Positions 42,635 through 53,070 are shown, counted from the first letter of the stretch. The stretch: 64,000 nt of DNA from Candidatus Fervidifonticultor sextus (GCA_031459875.1 JAVKHQ010000018.1:1-64000), one strand, 5' to 3'. A program made the numbers and translations. The notes: generated by a model from the sequence alone, not told the origin.

Positions 42635-43302
42635 GCGACCTGCTGGTCACTGAGAACGTCCCCACGCGCGACCTGGTCCTGCGGAAGCTCCGGGACGCGA
42701 TCCTCTCGGGCCGGTTCCAGCCCGGGCAGCGGTTGCTGGAGCGCGAACTCGTGGAGCAGATGGGGGTCTCCCGCACGCCCATCCGCGAGGCCATGCGCAA
42801 GCTGGAGTTGGAGGGCCTGGTCACGACCACCCCCTACAAAGGTCCGGTCGTGACCACCCCGACGCTGGAGGACGCCCAGGCGCTGTTCGAGGTGCGGGCC
42901 GCGCTGGAGGGCCAGGCGGTGGCGCTGTTCACCCGGCGGGCGAACGGGGTCGCGCTCGAGCGGCTGCGCGCCTGCGTCAGCCAGGCGGAGCGCGGGCTGC
43001 TGCGCCGCCACCTCCGTGAGGTCCTGGCGGCCAACAACGCCTTTCACGATGCGATCGCCGCCGGCTGCGGCAACGCCCTGCTGGAATCCATGCTCGCAAA
43101 CCTGCGGGCCCGCATCGTGCTGCTGCGGGTCGAGTCGCTCTCCTTTCCCGGCCGCCCCCCGCACTCCGTCGCCGAGCACCGTGCCATTGTGCGCCGAATC
43201 GCGCGCCGGGACGCCGCGGGCGCGAAACGGCTGATGGAGGCCCACATCATGCACGCCTGGCGGGCGGCACGGGCGCAGCTGGCGCCGGGCAGAAGCCGAT
43301 GA
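42631..43302 (+). CDS. GntR-family (FCD) regulator
   Basis: GVSRTPIREA, FH, EH motifs. Confidence 0.93.
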   Translation: MSDLLVTENVPTRDLVLRKLRDAILSGRFQPGQRLLERELVEQMGVSRTPIREAMRKLELEGLVTTTPYKGPVVTTPTLEDAQALFEVRAALEGQAVALFTRRANGVALERLRACVSQAERGLLRRHLREVLAANNAFHDAIAAGCGNALLESMLANLRARIVLLRVESLSFPGRPPHSVAEHRAIVRRIARRDAAGAKRLMEAHIMHAWRAARAQLAPGRSR

Positions 43303-43811
43303 ACGCCCCCACCCGCCCGCTGCGCGAACTCCCGGTGGCCGCCTTCCTCGTGGCTTTCGGGAGCCTGGTGGTGGCCGGGGCCAGGCACATCCCCTCGGGG
43401 GTGCCCACCGATCCGCTGGGCCCACGGGCCTTCCCCATGGCGCTGGGAGCCGGCATCGCATGCTGCGGGGCCCTGCTGGCGGCCGCGACCGCGCTGTTCC
43501 GCGGCCAGACGGCGCGCCCCGGCATCCTGGCCGATGCGGATCCGGACGATGAGGCCGCACCGGGCCCCTTCTCCCCGGGGCGCCTGATTGCTGCCGTGGG
43601 CGCGACGCTGGGGTATCTGGCCGCCTTCGAGCCCCTCGGCTACCTGATCACGACCCCCCTCTACGTCGTCGCGATCCTGCTCGTCCACGGCGGCGCGGCG
43701 CGGCGGTCGCTGTGGCTGGCCCCGCTGCTGATCACCGCGGCCCTCTACGCCGTGTTCCGCTTCGGCCTCCTGATCCCCGTGCCGGTGGGACTGCTCGAAC
43801 GCCTCCTGTAG
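43299..43811 (+). CDS. tctB: Tripartite tricarboxylate transporter TctB
   Basis: LGPRAFP, LGYL, VF...P; position next to tctA. Confidence 0.88.
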   Translation: MNAPTRPLRELPVAAFLVAFGSLVVAGARHIPSGVPTDPLGPRAFPMALGAGIACCGALLAAATALFRGQTARPGILADADPDDEAAPGPFSPGRLIAAVGATLGYLAAFEPLGYLITTPLYVVAILLVHGGAARRSLWLAPLLITAALYAVFRFGLLIPVPVGLLERLL

Positions 43812-43824
43812 CGGTGAGGCGCCG

Positions 43825-45339
43825 ATGAACTTCCTGGAGAACCTGCTCGCCGGATTCTCCGCCGCGGTGGCGGGACCGGGGATTCCCGTGATGATCGCCG
43901 GCGTCGCCTGGGGCACCATCGGCGGCGCCATCCCCGGCATCAGCGGGGCGGTGGCGATGTCGCTGGCGCTCCCCTATACCCTCAGCCTCGATGCCGCCAC
44001 CGCCCTCGTGATGCTGGCGGGTGTCTGGGCGGGGGCGAACTACGGCGGCTCGATTCCCGCCATCCTCATGCGGATGCCGGGGACGCCGGGGGCGGCGGCC
44101 GCGCTCTTCGACGGCTACGAACTGAAGCGCCAGGGACTCGCCGCCAAGGCCCTGGGCGTCTCCCTCGTCTGCGGAACCATCGGGGGCCTCATCAGTGTCG
44201 TCGTCCTCATAGCCCTGGTGGTGCCGCTGGGCAACGTCGTGCTGGCCTTCGGGTCCCCGGAGGTCTTTGCGCTGGCGCTCTTCGGCCTCACCCTCCTGGC
44301 CGGCCTCACGGAGCGGAGCTTCCTCAAGGGCCTAGCCTCGGGGTACTTCGGCCTCCTCCTGACGACCGTCGGCATCGACACCCTCACCGGGTCCCTGCGG
44401 TTCACCTTCGGGCGGTCCGAACTGCTGAGCGGGCTCGACATCGTCTCGGTCATGGTCGGCCTGTTCGCCGTCTCGGAGATGCTGGTCCAGATCGCCCACC
44501 CCTCCCGTCGGGAGGCGGTCCCGGAAGGCAACGCCTACACCGCCTTCCCGACGCTGGCCGAACTGCGCAGTGTGTGGCGGGCGACGGTCGTCGGCACCGT
44601 CGTGGGACTCATCGTCGGCATCATGCCCGGCGCCGGCGCGACGGCATCCTCCTTCGTCGCGTATAACGAGGCGCGGCGCTGGTCGAAGCGCCCGGACCTC
44701 TTCGGCAAAGGATCCATGGAAGGCGTGGCCGCGCCCGAGACGGCCAACAACGCGGTACAGGGGGGAGACCTGGTGCCGACGCTGGCCCTTGGCATCCCCG
44801 GCTCGAACTCAGCCGCCATCATGCTGGCCGCGCTGATCCTCCACGGCATCGTCCCGGGACCCTTCCTGCTGAACAAGCACACGCACCTGGTCTTCACCCT
44901 CTTCGCAGGGCTGATCCTGGTGAACCTGTTGATGATCCCCGTGGGGCTGGTCATCCTGCGCGGATGCCTCCTCGTCCTGAGGCTGGACCGGCCGGTGCTC
45001 ATTGCCGCGATCCTGGCCATGATCGTGATCGGGACGTACGCGGCCGACCTCTTCCTCCTCAACCCGCTGCTGGCGCTGTTCTTCGGCGTCGTCGGCTACG
45101 GCATGCGGCGCTACGGATTCTCGCCGGCCGCCGCGGTGCTGGGCTTGGTGCTGGGATTCCTGGTGGAGAGCGAACTCCGGCGGTCGCTGCTCATCTCGTA
45201 CGGCAGCTGGACGATCTTCGTCGTGCGCCCGATCTCGGCCGTACTGCTGGCCCTGACCCTGGGCGCAGTCCTCTACCCAGCCGTCATGTACCTGAGAAGC
45301 CGGCAGCACGCACAGGCGGCCGGCGCAGGCCTGTCGTGA
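43825..45339 (+). CDS. tctA: Tripartite tricarboxylate transporter TctA
   Basis: GAIPG, YGGSIPAIL, PETANNA, LGIPGS. Confidence 0.94.
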   Translation: MNFLENLLAGFSAAVAGPGIPVMIAGVAWGTIGGAIPGISGAVAMSLALPYTLSLDAATALVMLAGVWAGANYGGSIPAILMRMPGTPGAAAALFDGYELKRQGLAAKALGVSLVCGTIGGLISVVVLIALVVPLGNVVLAFGSPEVFALALFGLTLLAGLTERSFLKGLASGYFGLLLTTVGIDTLTGSLRFTFGRSELLSGLDIVSVMVGLFAVSEMLVQIAHPSRREAVPEGNAYTAFPTLAELRSVWRATVVGTVVGLIVGIMPGAGATASSFVAYNEARRWSKRPDLFGKGSMEGVAAPETANNAVQGGDLVPTLALGIPGSNSAAIMLAALILHGIVPGPFLLNKHTHLVFTLFAGLILVNLLMIPVGLVILRGCLLVLRLDRPVLIAAILAMIVIGTYAADLFLLNPLLALFFGVVGYGMRRYGFSPAAAVLGLVLGFLVESELRRSLLISYGSWTIFVVRPISAVLLALTLGAVLYPAVMYLRSRQHAQAAGAGLS

Positions 45340-45368
45340 AGCGCACGAACTCAAAGGGGGGATGAGTC

Positions 45369-46358
45369 GTGAAGATCGGGTGGATCCGTGTCATCTGGGT
45401 GTGCGCCCTGGGGGCGCTCCTTGGGTTCTTCAGCCTCTCGAGGCCGGCGCTCTCGCAGCCGGCTGACTACCCTACCCGACCCATTACCTTCGTCGTCGGG
45501 TTCGCGCCCGGCGGCGGAGCGGACGTGTTCGCCCGGGCCCTGGCCGACGCGCTGAAGGGAATCCTCCCGCAACCGCTGGTCGTCGAGAACCGCCCGGGCG
45601 CGGGCGGTACCGCGGCCAACGCCTACGTCGCCAGCCGGCCGGCCGACGGCTACACGATCCTGTTCGCCCACGCCGGCTCTTCGATCATCACCCCGCTCAT
45701 CACCAACCAGCCGCAGTTGAAGTGGGACGCCTTCGATCCGCTGGCCCGCATCCACGCCGAAGAGGAGTGGTTGATGGTCCGGCCCGACGCGCCGTGGAAG
45801 ACGCCGGAGGAGATGGTGACCTTCGCGAAGGCCAATCCCCGCCGCCTGCGCGTGGCGGGGTCCGCCATCGGGGGGATCGACAGCTTCGTGGCGCTGTCCT
45901 GGGGGAAGGCCGCCGGGATCGAGGTCCAGTACATCCCGCACGAAGGGGGTGGACCGGCCACCCTGACGTTCCTGGGCGGCAACGCCGAGGTCCTCATCGG
46001 GAACGTCTCGGAGGTGTTCCAGCACATCGAGGCCAGGCGGATCGTGCCCTTCGCTGTGGCCAGCGAGCGGCGCAGTTCCATCTTCCCCCACGTGCCGACC
46101 CTCAAAGAGAAGGGGTGGGATGTGGTCTACGTCCAGTGGCGCAGCATCCTCCTGCCTCCCGGCGTGCCGCCGTCCCGCGCGGCCGTGCTGACCGTGGCGC
46201 TCCAGCGGGCGCTGGGCACGGACTCCTGGAAGCGCTTCAACGCCAACGCGAAGGCGATCGACCTGTTCCTCGGGCCGGCCGACTTCCGCCGCTTCCTCAC
46301 CGAGGAGGAGGCGCGGCTGGCGCGGATCATCGACGAACTGGGGCTGCGGCGGCGGTGA
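45369..46358 (+). CDS. tctC: TTT substrate-binding protein TctC
   Basis: YPTRPIT..FAPGGGAD, ENRPGAGG, ADGYT, VPTLKE. Confidence 0.93.
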   Translation: MKIGWIRVIWVCALGALLGFFSLSRPALSQPADYPTRPITFVVGFAPGGGADVFARALADALKGILPQPLVVENRPGAGGTAANAYVASRPADGYTILFAHAGSSIITPLITNQPQLKWDAFDPLARIHAEEEWLMVRPDAPWKTPEEMVTFAKANPRRLRVAGSAIGGIDSFVALSWGKAAGIEVQYIPHEGGGPATLTFLGGNAEVLIGNVSEVFQHIEARRIVPFAVASERRSSIFPHVPTLKEKGWDVVYVQWRSILLPPGVPPSRAAVLTVALQRALGTDSWKRFNANAKAIDLFLGPADFRRFLTEEEARLARIIDELGLRRR

Positions 46359-46399
46359 CCGAGGCCCGGCCATCCAGACACACCGCAGAGGAGGACACC

Positions 46400-46804
46400 G
46401 TGAGCGACCATCCCGAGCCGACCACCACCCAATCCGACGAACGCCTGACACGCGGTCGAAGGGTGCGCGAGCAGATCATGGGGGCGGGAGTTCCCCCGGG
46501 GACCCCCGCCACCCAGGAGCTGGCGCCCTTCTTCTCGCGCTGGATCTACGAGAGCGTCTTCGGCGATCTGTACGGCCGTCCGCACCTCGACCTCAAGACG
46601 CGCGTCCTGATCACCCTGGTGGCCCTCTCCGTCCAGGGGCGGATCCCCCAGCTGCGGGGATACATCGGGGCGGCGCTGCGGCAGGGATGGACGCGTGAGG
46701 AGATCGTGGAGGCCATTGTGCAACTCGCCCCCTACCAGGGCGTGCCGCTGACGCACGACGCACTGGCCGCCGCCAGAGACGTCTTCGAGGCGCCGCCGCG
46801 ATGA
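46400..46804 (+). CDS. Carboxymuconolactone decarboxylase family protein
   Basis: FGDLYGRPHLDLKTR, EEIVE, YQGVP. Confidence 0.88.
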   Translation: MSDHPEPTTTQSDERLTRGRRVREQIMGAGVPPGTPATQELAPFFSRWIYESVFGDLYGRPHLDLKTRVLITLVALSVQGRIPQLRGYIGAALRQGWTREEIVEAIVQLAPYQGVPLTHDALAAARDVFEAPPR

Positions 46805-47778
46805 TCGCCTCCATGGCGCCCACCGCCCGGCGCATCATGGAGCAGGTCCTGGCTCTGCGCCCGGGCGAGCGCCTGGTCATCGTCACCGACTATGAACGGC
46901 CGCGGTCCATCACCGACCTGCTGACCACCACTGCGGTGCTCTACGGAGCGACCCCCGTGGTGGTCATGATGCCGGCCCGGGAGATGGGCGGGGAAGAGCC
47001 GCCGGCCGCGGTGGCGGCGGCCATGCGGGAGGCGGATGCCATTATCGTCCAGACCTCCCACTCCCTGACCCACACCAATGCCGAGCGCCAGGCCCTGCGC
47101 GCCGGGGCGCGCGTGTGCAACATCCGCGAGGTGGACGAGGAGATGATGGTCCGCGGCGGGATGACCGCGGACTACGACGAGGTGGACCGCATCACGCAGC
47201 GCGGCGTCGCGCTGCTGTCGGCGGCCTCTGCCGCGCGCGTCACGACGCCGGAGGGCACCGACCTGCGCATGACGCTGGCGGGCCGACCCGCCTTCGGGCT
47301 CTCGGGCTTTGCCCGGGAACCGGGACAGTTCTCGGGCCTCCCCGATGGCGAGGCGGCCATCGCCCCGGTCGAGGGCACCACCGAGGGCATCCTCGTCAAC
47401 CCGTACCTGATCGAGAAGATCGGGCCGGTCACCGAGCCGTTCACCCTGGAGGCGACCTCCGGCCGCATCGTGCGCGTGGAGGGTGGGGCTCAGGCGCAGA
47501 TGCTCAACGCCATCCTCGCCCGCAAAGATCCGGGAGGCCGGAACTTCGCCGCCGAACTGGCCCTGGGCACCAACCCGGCCTGCCGCCTGATTCCCAAGAG
47601 CCGCGAGGTCAAGAAACGGCTGGGGCAGGCCCACGTGGCCCTGGGCGACAACCTCAGCCTGGGCGGGGAGGTGGACAGCGCGATCCACCTGGATGTCATC
47701 CTGCTCCGCCCGACTGTGGAGCTCGACGGCACCGCCGTCCTGCGCGACGGCGAGCCGCTGTTCGCTGTTGATGGGTAG
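46801..47778 (+). CDS. M29 aminopeptidase/NicX-like fold protein
   Basis: EEPP, SLTHT, GTDL, PDGE, AELALGTN, HVALG, HLD. Confidence 0.8.
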   Translation: MIASMAPTARRIMEQVLALRPGERLVIVTDYERPRSITDLLTTTAVLYGATPVVVMMPAREMGGEEPPAAVAAAMREADAIIVQTSHSLTHTNAERQALRAGARVCNIREVDEEMMVRGGMTADYDEVDRITQRGVALLSAASAARVTTPEGTDLRMTLAGRPAFGLSGFAREPGQFSGLPDGEAAIAPVEGTTEGILVNPYLIEKIGPVTEPFTLEATSGRIVRVEGGAQAQMLNAILARKDPGGRNFAAELALGTNPACRLIPKSREVKKRLGQAHVALGDNLSLGGEVDSAIHLDVILLRPTVELDGTAVLRDGEPLFAVDG

Positions 47779-47813
47779 CACCCTGCAAGATAGCACGCGT
47801 CTCAGAAGGGGGG

Positions 47814-48782
47814 ATGATGACGATGCTGTACGCACTGCGGGCCGTCGCCGCAGCCCTGGTGACCGCCCTGGTGGTCGGCACCGCAGTACTGGCCCAGGGC
47901 ACCTATCCCAGCAAGCCCATCACGCTGGTCACCCACTCCAGCGTGGGCGCGGGGGGCGATCTGTTCCTCCGCAACCTGGCCAAGCACCTGGAGGGCATCG
48001 TCACCGTGCCGATCGTCGTCGAGAACCGGCGCGGCGGCGCGTCGGCCACGGCGGTCTCGTACGTGGCCACGAGCCCCACCGACGGCCACATCCTCTACGG
48101 CTCGACGCCGACCATGCTGCAGACGCCGATGCTCACCCAGACCCGGCACACCTACCTCGACCTGCAGCCGGTGGTCAACGTGTTCTTCGACCCGATGATC
48201 CTCTACGTGCGGGCCGACTCGCCCTGGAAGACCCTTCCGGACGTCATCGCCGCGGCGAAAGGCAAGCCCGGCCAGATCCGCTTCGGCGCCTCGACGCCGG
48301 GCTCGGTGGAGCACATGATCGCCCACCAGATCCAGAAGGTGGCCAAGATCCAGGTCCAGCCGGTCACCTTCGAGGGCGGCGGCGACCTGCTGCTGGCCGT
48401 CCTCGGCGGGCATGTGGACCTGGGCGTCGGCGAGTACGCGGAGGTGGCCGCCCAGGTGGAGGCCCGGCAGGTTCGCGTCATCAACTCCTTCACCGCCACC
48501 CGGATCCCGAAATCCACGATCCCCACAGCCAGGGAACAGGGCATCGACATGGTCGTGGAGAAATTCCGGGGCCTGCTCGGCCCGAAGGGGATGGACCCGG
48601 GCGCCATCGCCTACTGGGAGCAGGCCGTCAAGCGGGTGCTGGACAGGCCGGCCTACAAGCAGTACTACGAGTCGGTCTACCTGGTGCCGGCCTACATGGA
48701 CCACCAGCAGTACCGGTTCTACCTGGACCGGATGAACCAGACGCTCCGTCGCTACCTGAAGGAGATCGGCGTCATCAAGTAG
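47814..48782 (+). CDS. tctC: TTT substrate-binding protein TctC
   Basis: YPSKPIT, GAGGD, ENRRGG, LGGHVD. Confidence 0.92.
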   Translation: MMTMLYALRAVAAALVTALVVGTAVLAQGTYPSKPITLVTHSSVGAGGDLFLRNLAKHLEGIVTVPIVVENRRGGASATAVSYVATSPTDGHILYGSTPTMLQTPMLTQTRHTYLDLQPVVNVFFDPMILYVRADSPWKTLPDVIAAAKGKPGQIRFGASTPGSVEHMIAHQIQKVAKIQVQPVTFEGGGDLLLAVLGGHVDLGVGEYAEVAAQVEARQVRVINSFTATRIPKSTIPTAREQGIDMVVEKFRGLLGPKGMDPGAIAYWEQAVKRVLDRPAYKQYYESVYLVPAYMDHQQYRFYLDRMNQTLRRYLKEIGVIK

Positions 48783-48787
48783 CAGCC

Positions 48788-49237
48788 ATGCGGCGCGCGG
48801 ACCTGCTCGTCGGCGTCGGCCTGCTGGTCGTCGCGATCCTGTACTACCAGCAGACCTTCGCCATCACCGTCGGGTTTGCGTCCGACCGGCTGGGGCCGGC
48901 GTTCTTCCCCCGGCTGCTGGCGCTGGCCCTGGGGTCCTGCGCGGTGGCGCTGAGCTGGCGCTCGATCCGGGGGCGGTCGGACCCCGGTCCCCTGCCACCG
49001 GTCCAGGCTCGTCTGTTTCTGGCGACCCTGGGGCTGACGGTGGCCTACGCCCTCCTCCTCCCATCGCTCGGCTACCTGCTGGCCACCCCGCTCTACGTCG
49101 TCGCGGTCGTGGGCGTGTTGGGCTACCGTCACCCCGGAGGGCTCGCCGCCGCTGCGGTGGGGATCACGGGGGTGTTGTACCTGGTCTTCGTCCGTGCGCT
49201 GAAGGTGCTGGTCCCCATGGGGCCGTTGGGCAGGTAG
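48788..49237 (+). CDS. tctB: Tripartite tricarboxylate transporter TctB
   Basis: LGPAFFP, LGYL, LVF..L.V..P. Confidence 0.88.
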   Translation: MRRADLLVGVGLLVVAILYYQQTFAITVGFASDRLGPAFFPRLLALALGSCAVALSWRSIRGRSDPGPLPPVQARLFLATLGLTVAYALLLPSLGYLLATPLYVVAVVGVLGYRHPGGLAAAAVGITGVLYLVFVRALKVLVPMGPLGR

Positions 49238-49241
49238 GGCG

Positions 49242-50741
49242 ATGCTGGAACGCTTCGCGTTAGGCGCCCAGATCGCCCTCCAGCCGCTCTCGCTGCTGAT
49301 GATGCTGTTCGGGGTCGCCTGGGGCATCATCGGCGGCGCCCTGCCCGGCATCTCGGGGTCCATCGCCATGGCCCTGCTGCTCCCGCTCACGTTCGACATG
49401 GACCCGGCGGTGGCGTTGATGATGCTGGCGGGCGTCTACATCGGGGCGATGTACGGCGGATCCATCACCGCGATCCTCATCCGCACGCCCGGGACGCCGG
49501 GCGCGGCGGCAACCGTCATCGACGGGTACGAACTGCACAAGCGAGGGCTCTCGGGCAAAGCGCTGGGCGTCTCGCTCATCACCGGCACGATCGGCGGGAT
49601 CATCAGCGTTTTCATCCTGGTGGGGTTCGCGGTGCCGCTCTCGCGCCTGGCCCTGGCCTTCGGGCCGCCCGAGTACTTCGCGCTGGGGGTCTTCGGCCTG
49701 GCACTGATCAGCAGCTTCGTGGGACGGGACCTGCTCAAGGGCGCCATCTCGGGCCTGCTGGGGCTGATCGTCGCCACCGCGGGGACTGACCCGTTCTCGG
49801 GCACCCCGAGGTTTACCTTTGGAGGGACCGATCTGCTGACCGGGGTCGAGATCGTCGCCGGCATGATCGGCCTGTTCGCCGTCTCCGAGATGTTCTACCA
49901 GATCGCCGAGTCGGGAGCCTGGGAGACCATCAGGGGGAAGTTCAGCACCGACCTGCCGCGGTGGGTCGAGATTGTCAAACTCAAGACCGCCATGGTCATC
50001 GGCATCATCCTGGGCACCATCGAGGGTCTGCTGCCGGGCGGCGGGGGCGCGATCGCCGCCTTCATCTCCTACAACGAGGCCAAGCGCTGGTCGAAGCACC
50101 CCGAGGAGTTCGGGCACGGCTCCCTGGAGGGGGTGGCCGCGCCGGAGACGGCGAACAACGTCGTGACGGGCACGGCGATGATCCCGCTGCTGACCTTCGG
50201 CATTCCGGGATCGAACTCGGCAGCAGTGATGCTGGCGGCGATGATGCTTCACGGCGTCCAGCCCGGACCGCTCCTGTTCGAGCGGACGCCCCAGATCGTC
50301 TACGGGCTCTTCGTCGGCATGTTCATCGCCAACCTCATGATGCTGGGGCTCGGCTTCCTGTCGCTGCGGCCGGCCATCGCCGTCGTCAACATCCAGCGCC
50401 CGCTGCTGCTGGCCGGGATCCTGGCACTGGTGCTGGTCGGAGCCTACTCCATCAGCAACCGGATGTTCGAGGTGTGGGTGGTCCTGGCCACGGGCCTGCT
50501 GGGCTACGGCATGCGCCGCTACGGCTTCAACATTCTGGCCATGGTGCTGGGGCTGGTGCTGGGGTTCATGGTCGAGGTCAACCTCCGGCGCAGCCTGCTG
50601 ATCTCGCTGGGCAACCCGTGGGTCTTCTTCACGCGGCCCATCTCGGCCGTGCTGCTGCTCTTCGCGCTCATCACGCTGCTGTGGCCGGTCCTGCGGCAAC
50701 TGCGGGAGGACCGGCGGGCGAGGCGGGCGCCGGCGGCCTGA
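49242..50741 (+). CDS. tctA: Tripartite tricarboxylate transporter TctA
   Basis: GALPG, YGGSITAIL, PETANN, FGIPGS. Confidence 0.94.
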   Translation: MLERFALGAQIALQPLSLLMMLFGVAWGIIGGALPGISGSIAMALLLPLTFDMDPAVALMMLAGVYIGAMYGGSITAILIRTPGTPGAAATVIDGYELHKRGLSGKALGVSLITGTIGGIISVFILVGFAVPLSRLALAFGPPEYFALGVFGLALISSFVGRDLLKGAISGLLGLIVATAGTDPFSGTPRFTFGGTDLLTGVEIVAGMIGLFAVSEMFYQIAESGAWETIRGKFSTDLPRWVEIVKLKTAMVIGIILGTIEGLLPGGGGAIAAFISYNEAKRWSKHPEEFGHGSLEGVAAPETANNVVTGTAMIPLLTFGIPGSNSAAVMLAAMMLHGVQPGPLLFERTPQIVYGLFVGMFIANLMMLGLGFLSLRPAIAVVNIQRPLLLAGILALVLVGAYSISNRMFEVWVVLATGLLGYGMRRYGFNILAMVLGLVLGFMVEVNLRRSLLISLGNPWVFFTRPISAVLLLFALITLLWPVLRQLREDRRARRAPAA

Positions 50742-50752
50742 GGGCTGGCGCG

Positions 50753-51529
50753 GTGGACCTGCACCTGCGGGGCAGTGCCGTCCTGCTGGTCGGCGGCACG
50801 CGCGGCGTCGGACGCGAGGTGGCACGGCTGCTGGGCGAGGAGGGCGCCCGCCTGGCCCTGGTCGCCCGCGATCCCGACGCGCTGGACGCCACCGCCCGGG
50901 AGGTCCGCCAGCTCGGGGGCCAGGCGGTCACCATCGCCGCCGACGTGACCGATCCGGACCAGGCGGCGCGCGCGGTGGATCGGGCCGCCGGGGCGCTGGG
51001 GGCTTTCGACGCCTTGATCCACGCGGCGGGCAGGGGGTTCCGCGGGGTCTTCCTGGAGATCCCCGAGGCCACCTGGCGCGAGGCGTTCGATCTGAACGTC
51101 TTGGCACCGGTCCGGATGATCCGCCTGGCCGTGCCCCACCTGCGCAGGGGCGGCCGCATCGTGCTGCTGGGCGCCGCCTCGGCGAAGCAGCCGCAGGAGC
51201 GACAGGCGCCGTCCAATGCCGCCAAGGCGGCGCTGGCCAACCTCACCACCGCGCTGGCGCAGGAACTGGCCCCCAACCTGGTCGTCAACTGCGTCGCGCC
51301 GGGCCGGATTCTCACCGAGCGGCGCCGCGAGCGCGCCGCCGCCGAGGGCCGCGCCGCCGGCGCGACGGTCGAGGAGCAACTCCGCCGCGAAGCCGCCGAG
51401 GTGCCGCTGGGACGTCTGGGGGATCCCCGCGAGGTGGCCGGTCTCGTGGTCTTCCTCGCCTCCCCCTGGGCGTCCTACATCACGGGCCGCTCCATCATCG
51501 TCGACGGCGGACTGGTCCGCTCGGTCTGA
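50753..51529 (+). CDS. SDR-family oxidoreductase
   Basis: GGTRGVG, SNAAK (Tyr replaced by Ser in YxxxK), VNCVAPG, VDGG. Confidence 0.9.
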   Translation: MDLHLRGSAVLLVGGTRGVGREVARLLGEEGARLALVARDPDALDATAREVRQLGGQAVTIAADVTDPDQAARAVDRAAGALGAFDALIHAAGRGFRGVFLEIPEATWREAFDLNVLAPVRMIRLAVPHLRRGGRIVLLGAASAKQPQERQAPSNAAKAALANLTTALAQELAPNLVVNCVAPGRILTERRRERAAAEGRAAGATVEEQLRREAAEVPLGRLGDPREVAGLVVFLASPWASYITGRSIIVDGGLVRSV

Positions 51530-51542
51530 CTCGAATCCTGCG

Positions 51543-52976
51543 ATGCCGGCTGCAGACTCCGACGAACTGGTCGTCCCGCGCGCGCCCTGGCCGACCGCGG
51601 TCTGGCTGGGGGCGGGCGCCCTCTTCGTGCTGGCGGCGCTGCTGCCGCTTCCCGACGGGCTCTCGCGGCCGGGCGCGCAAGCCCTCGCCGGCCTGGCGGC
51701 GGCCGTCCTGTTCTGGGCCAGCGGCGTGCAGGACCCCGCCCATTCCGGCCTGATGATCGTGGCCCTGCTGACCCTGCTGGGGGTCATGCCCTTCGAAGAA
51801 GCCGCAGCCGGCTTCGGCGCGGAGTTCATCTGGCTGCTGGCCGCCACCTTCATCATCGCGCAGGCCATGGCTGACTGCGGGCTCGGCCGGCGGGTGGCGC
51901 TGGGCATCCTGCGCGCGGCGGGCGGCCGACCCTCCGCCGTGCTCCTGGCGCTGCTGGCGGTCGTGCTGGTCCTCTCGTTCATGGTGCCGACCGCGGCCGG
52001 GCGGATCTCGATGGTCCTGCCCGTGTGCCTGGGGATCATCGGCGCCGCGGGCATCCGACCGCCGTCGAACTTCGCCAAGGCCGTCTTGATCGGGACCTCC
52101 CATGCCTCCATCATGGCCGGCACCGGACTGCCCACCGCGGCCGGGGCGACGGTCTACGCCGTGGGGGCCTTCGGGACGCTCATCGGCGCGCGGTGGACGT
52201 ACCTGGGATGGATGGCGGCGTTCTTTCCGCTGGTCGTGGTCTTCACCGTCGGGCTGTGGCGGATCTTGCTGTGGGTCTTCCCGCCCGAGCGTGCGGACCT
52301 GGCGGGCGGCGCCGCCTACGTCCGCGACCAGTGGCGGCGCCTGGGCCCGCTGAGCCCTGGCGAGCGCAAGATGCTGGCTACCCTCGCCGGCATGTACGCG
52401 CTGTGGATCCTGGGGCCCCGCTGGCAGATCACCACCGCCCAGGCCGGGCTGCTGGGCGCACTGGTCCTCCTGCTCCCCGGGATGCAGCTGCTCACCTGGG
52501 AGCGGGCGCTGCGTGCGGTGAAGTGGGACATCCTGATTCTCTTCGCCGTCTCCCTCTCGCTGGCAGAAGCGCTGGAGCGTTCCGGCGCCGGCCGGTGGCT
52601 GGCGGCCTCGACCCTGACGGTCTTCCGCGACCCGTCCCCGCTGCTGGTCGCGGCGGTGCTGGCGCCGCTGATCCTGGTCGTGCGCGTCGGCTTCGTCAAC
52701 AACCTGGGGATGATCGCAGCGGGATTACCCCTGGCCTTCACCCTCGCGCGGGGATGGGGGTTGGACCCGCAGTGGGTCGGGATGCTCGTGGTGGTGGTCG
52801 CGGGGCCCGGATTCCTCCTCCCGACGCAGACGCCGACCGGGATGATCACGCTCGGCTACGAATTCTACGACATGCGGGACTACCTGCGATCGGGACTGCC
52901 GGCCTCGGCGCTGTTGATCCTGCTCGCCTGGGCGGCGGCACTGGCCTACTGGCCCCTGCTTGGGTATACACCCTGA
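51543..52976 (+). CDS. DASS/SLC13 anion permease
   Basis: Multiple TM helices, GLGRRVAL, VPTAAGR, W..L.LF, LPTQTP. Confidence 0.88.
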   Translation: MPAADSDELVVPRAPWPTAVWLGAGALFVLAALLPLPDGLSRPGAQALAGLAAAVLFWASGVQDPAHSGLMIVALLTLLGVMPFEEAAAGFGAEFIWLLAATFIIAQAMADCGLGRRVALGILRAAGGRPSAVLLALLAVVLVLSFMVPTAAGRISMVLPVCLGIIGAAGIRPPSNFAKAVLIGTSHASIMAGTGLPTAAGATVYAVGAFGTLIGARWTYLGWMAAFFPLVVVFTVGLWRILLWVFPPERADLAGGAAYVRDQWRRLGPLSPGERKMLATLAGMYALWILGPRWQITTAQAGLLGALVLLLPGMQLLTWERALRAVKWDILILFAVSLSLAEALERSGAGRWLAASTLTVFRDPSPLLVAAVLAPLILVVRVGFVNNLGMIAAGLPLAFTLARGWGLDPQWVGMLVVVVAGPGFLLPTQTPTGMITLGYEFYDMRDYLRSGLPASALLILLAWAAALAYWPLLGYTP

Positions 52977-53070
52977 GGGACCACGTCCCGGAGCATCCGC
53001 ATCGGCCGGTCGATGACGATGCGCCCGGCACGGGGCACCATACGAGTAGATACCCGCAGGAGGATGAGCC

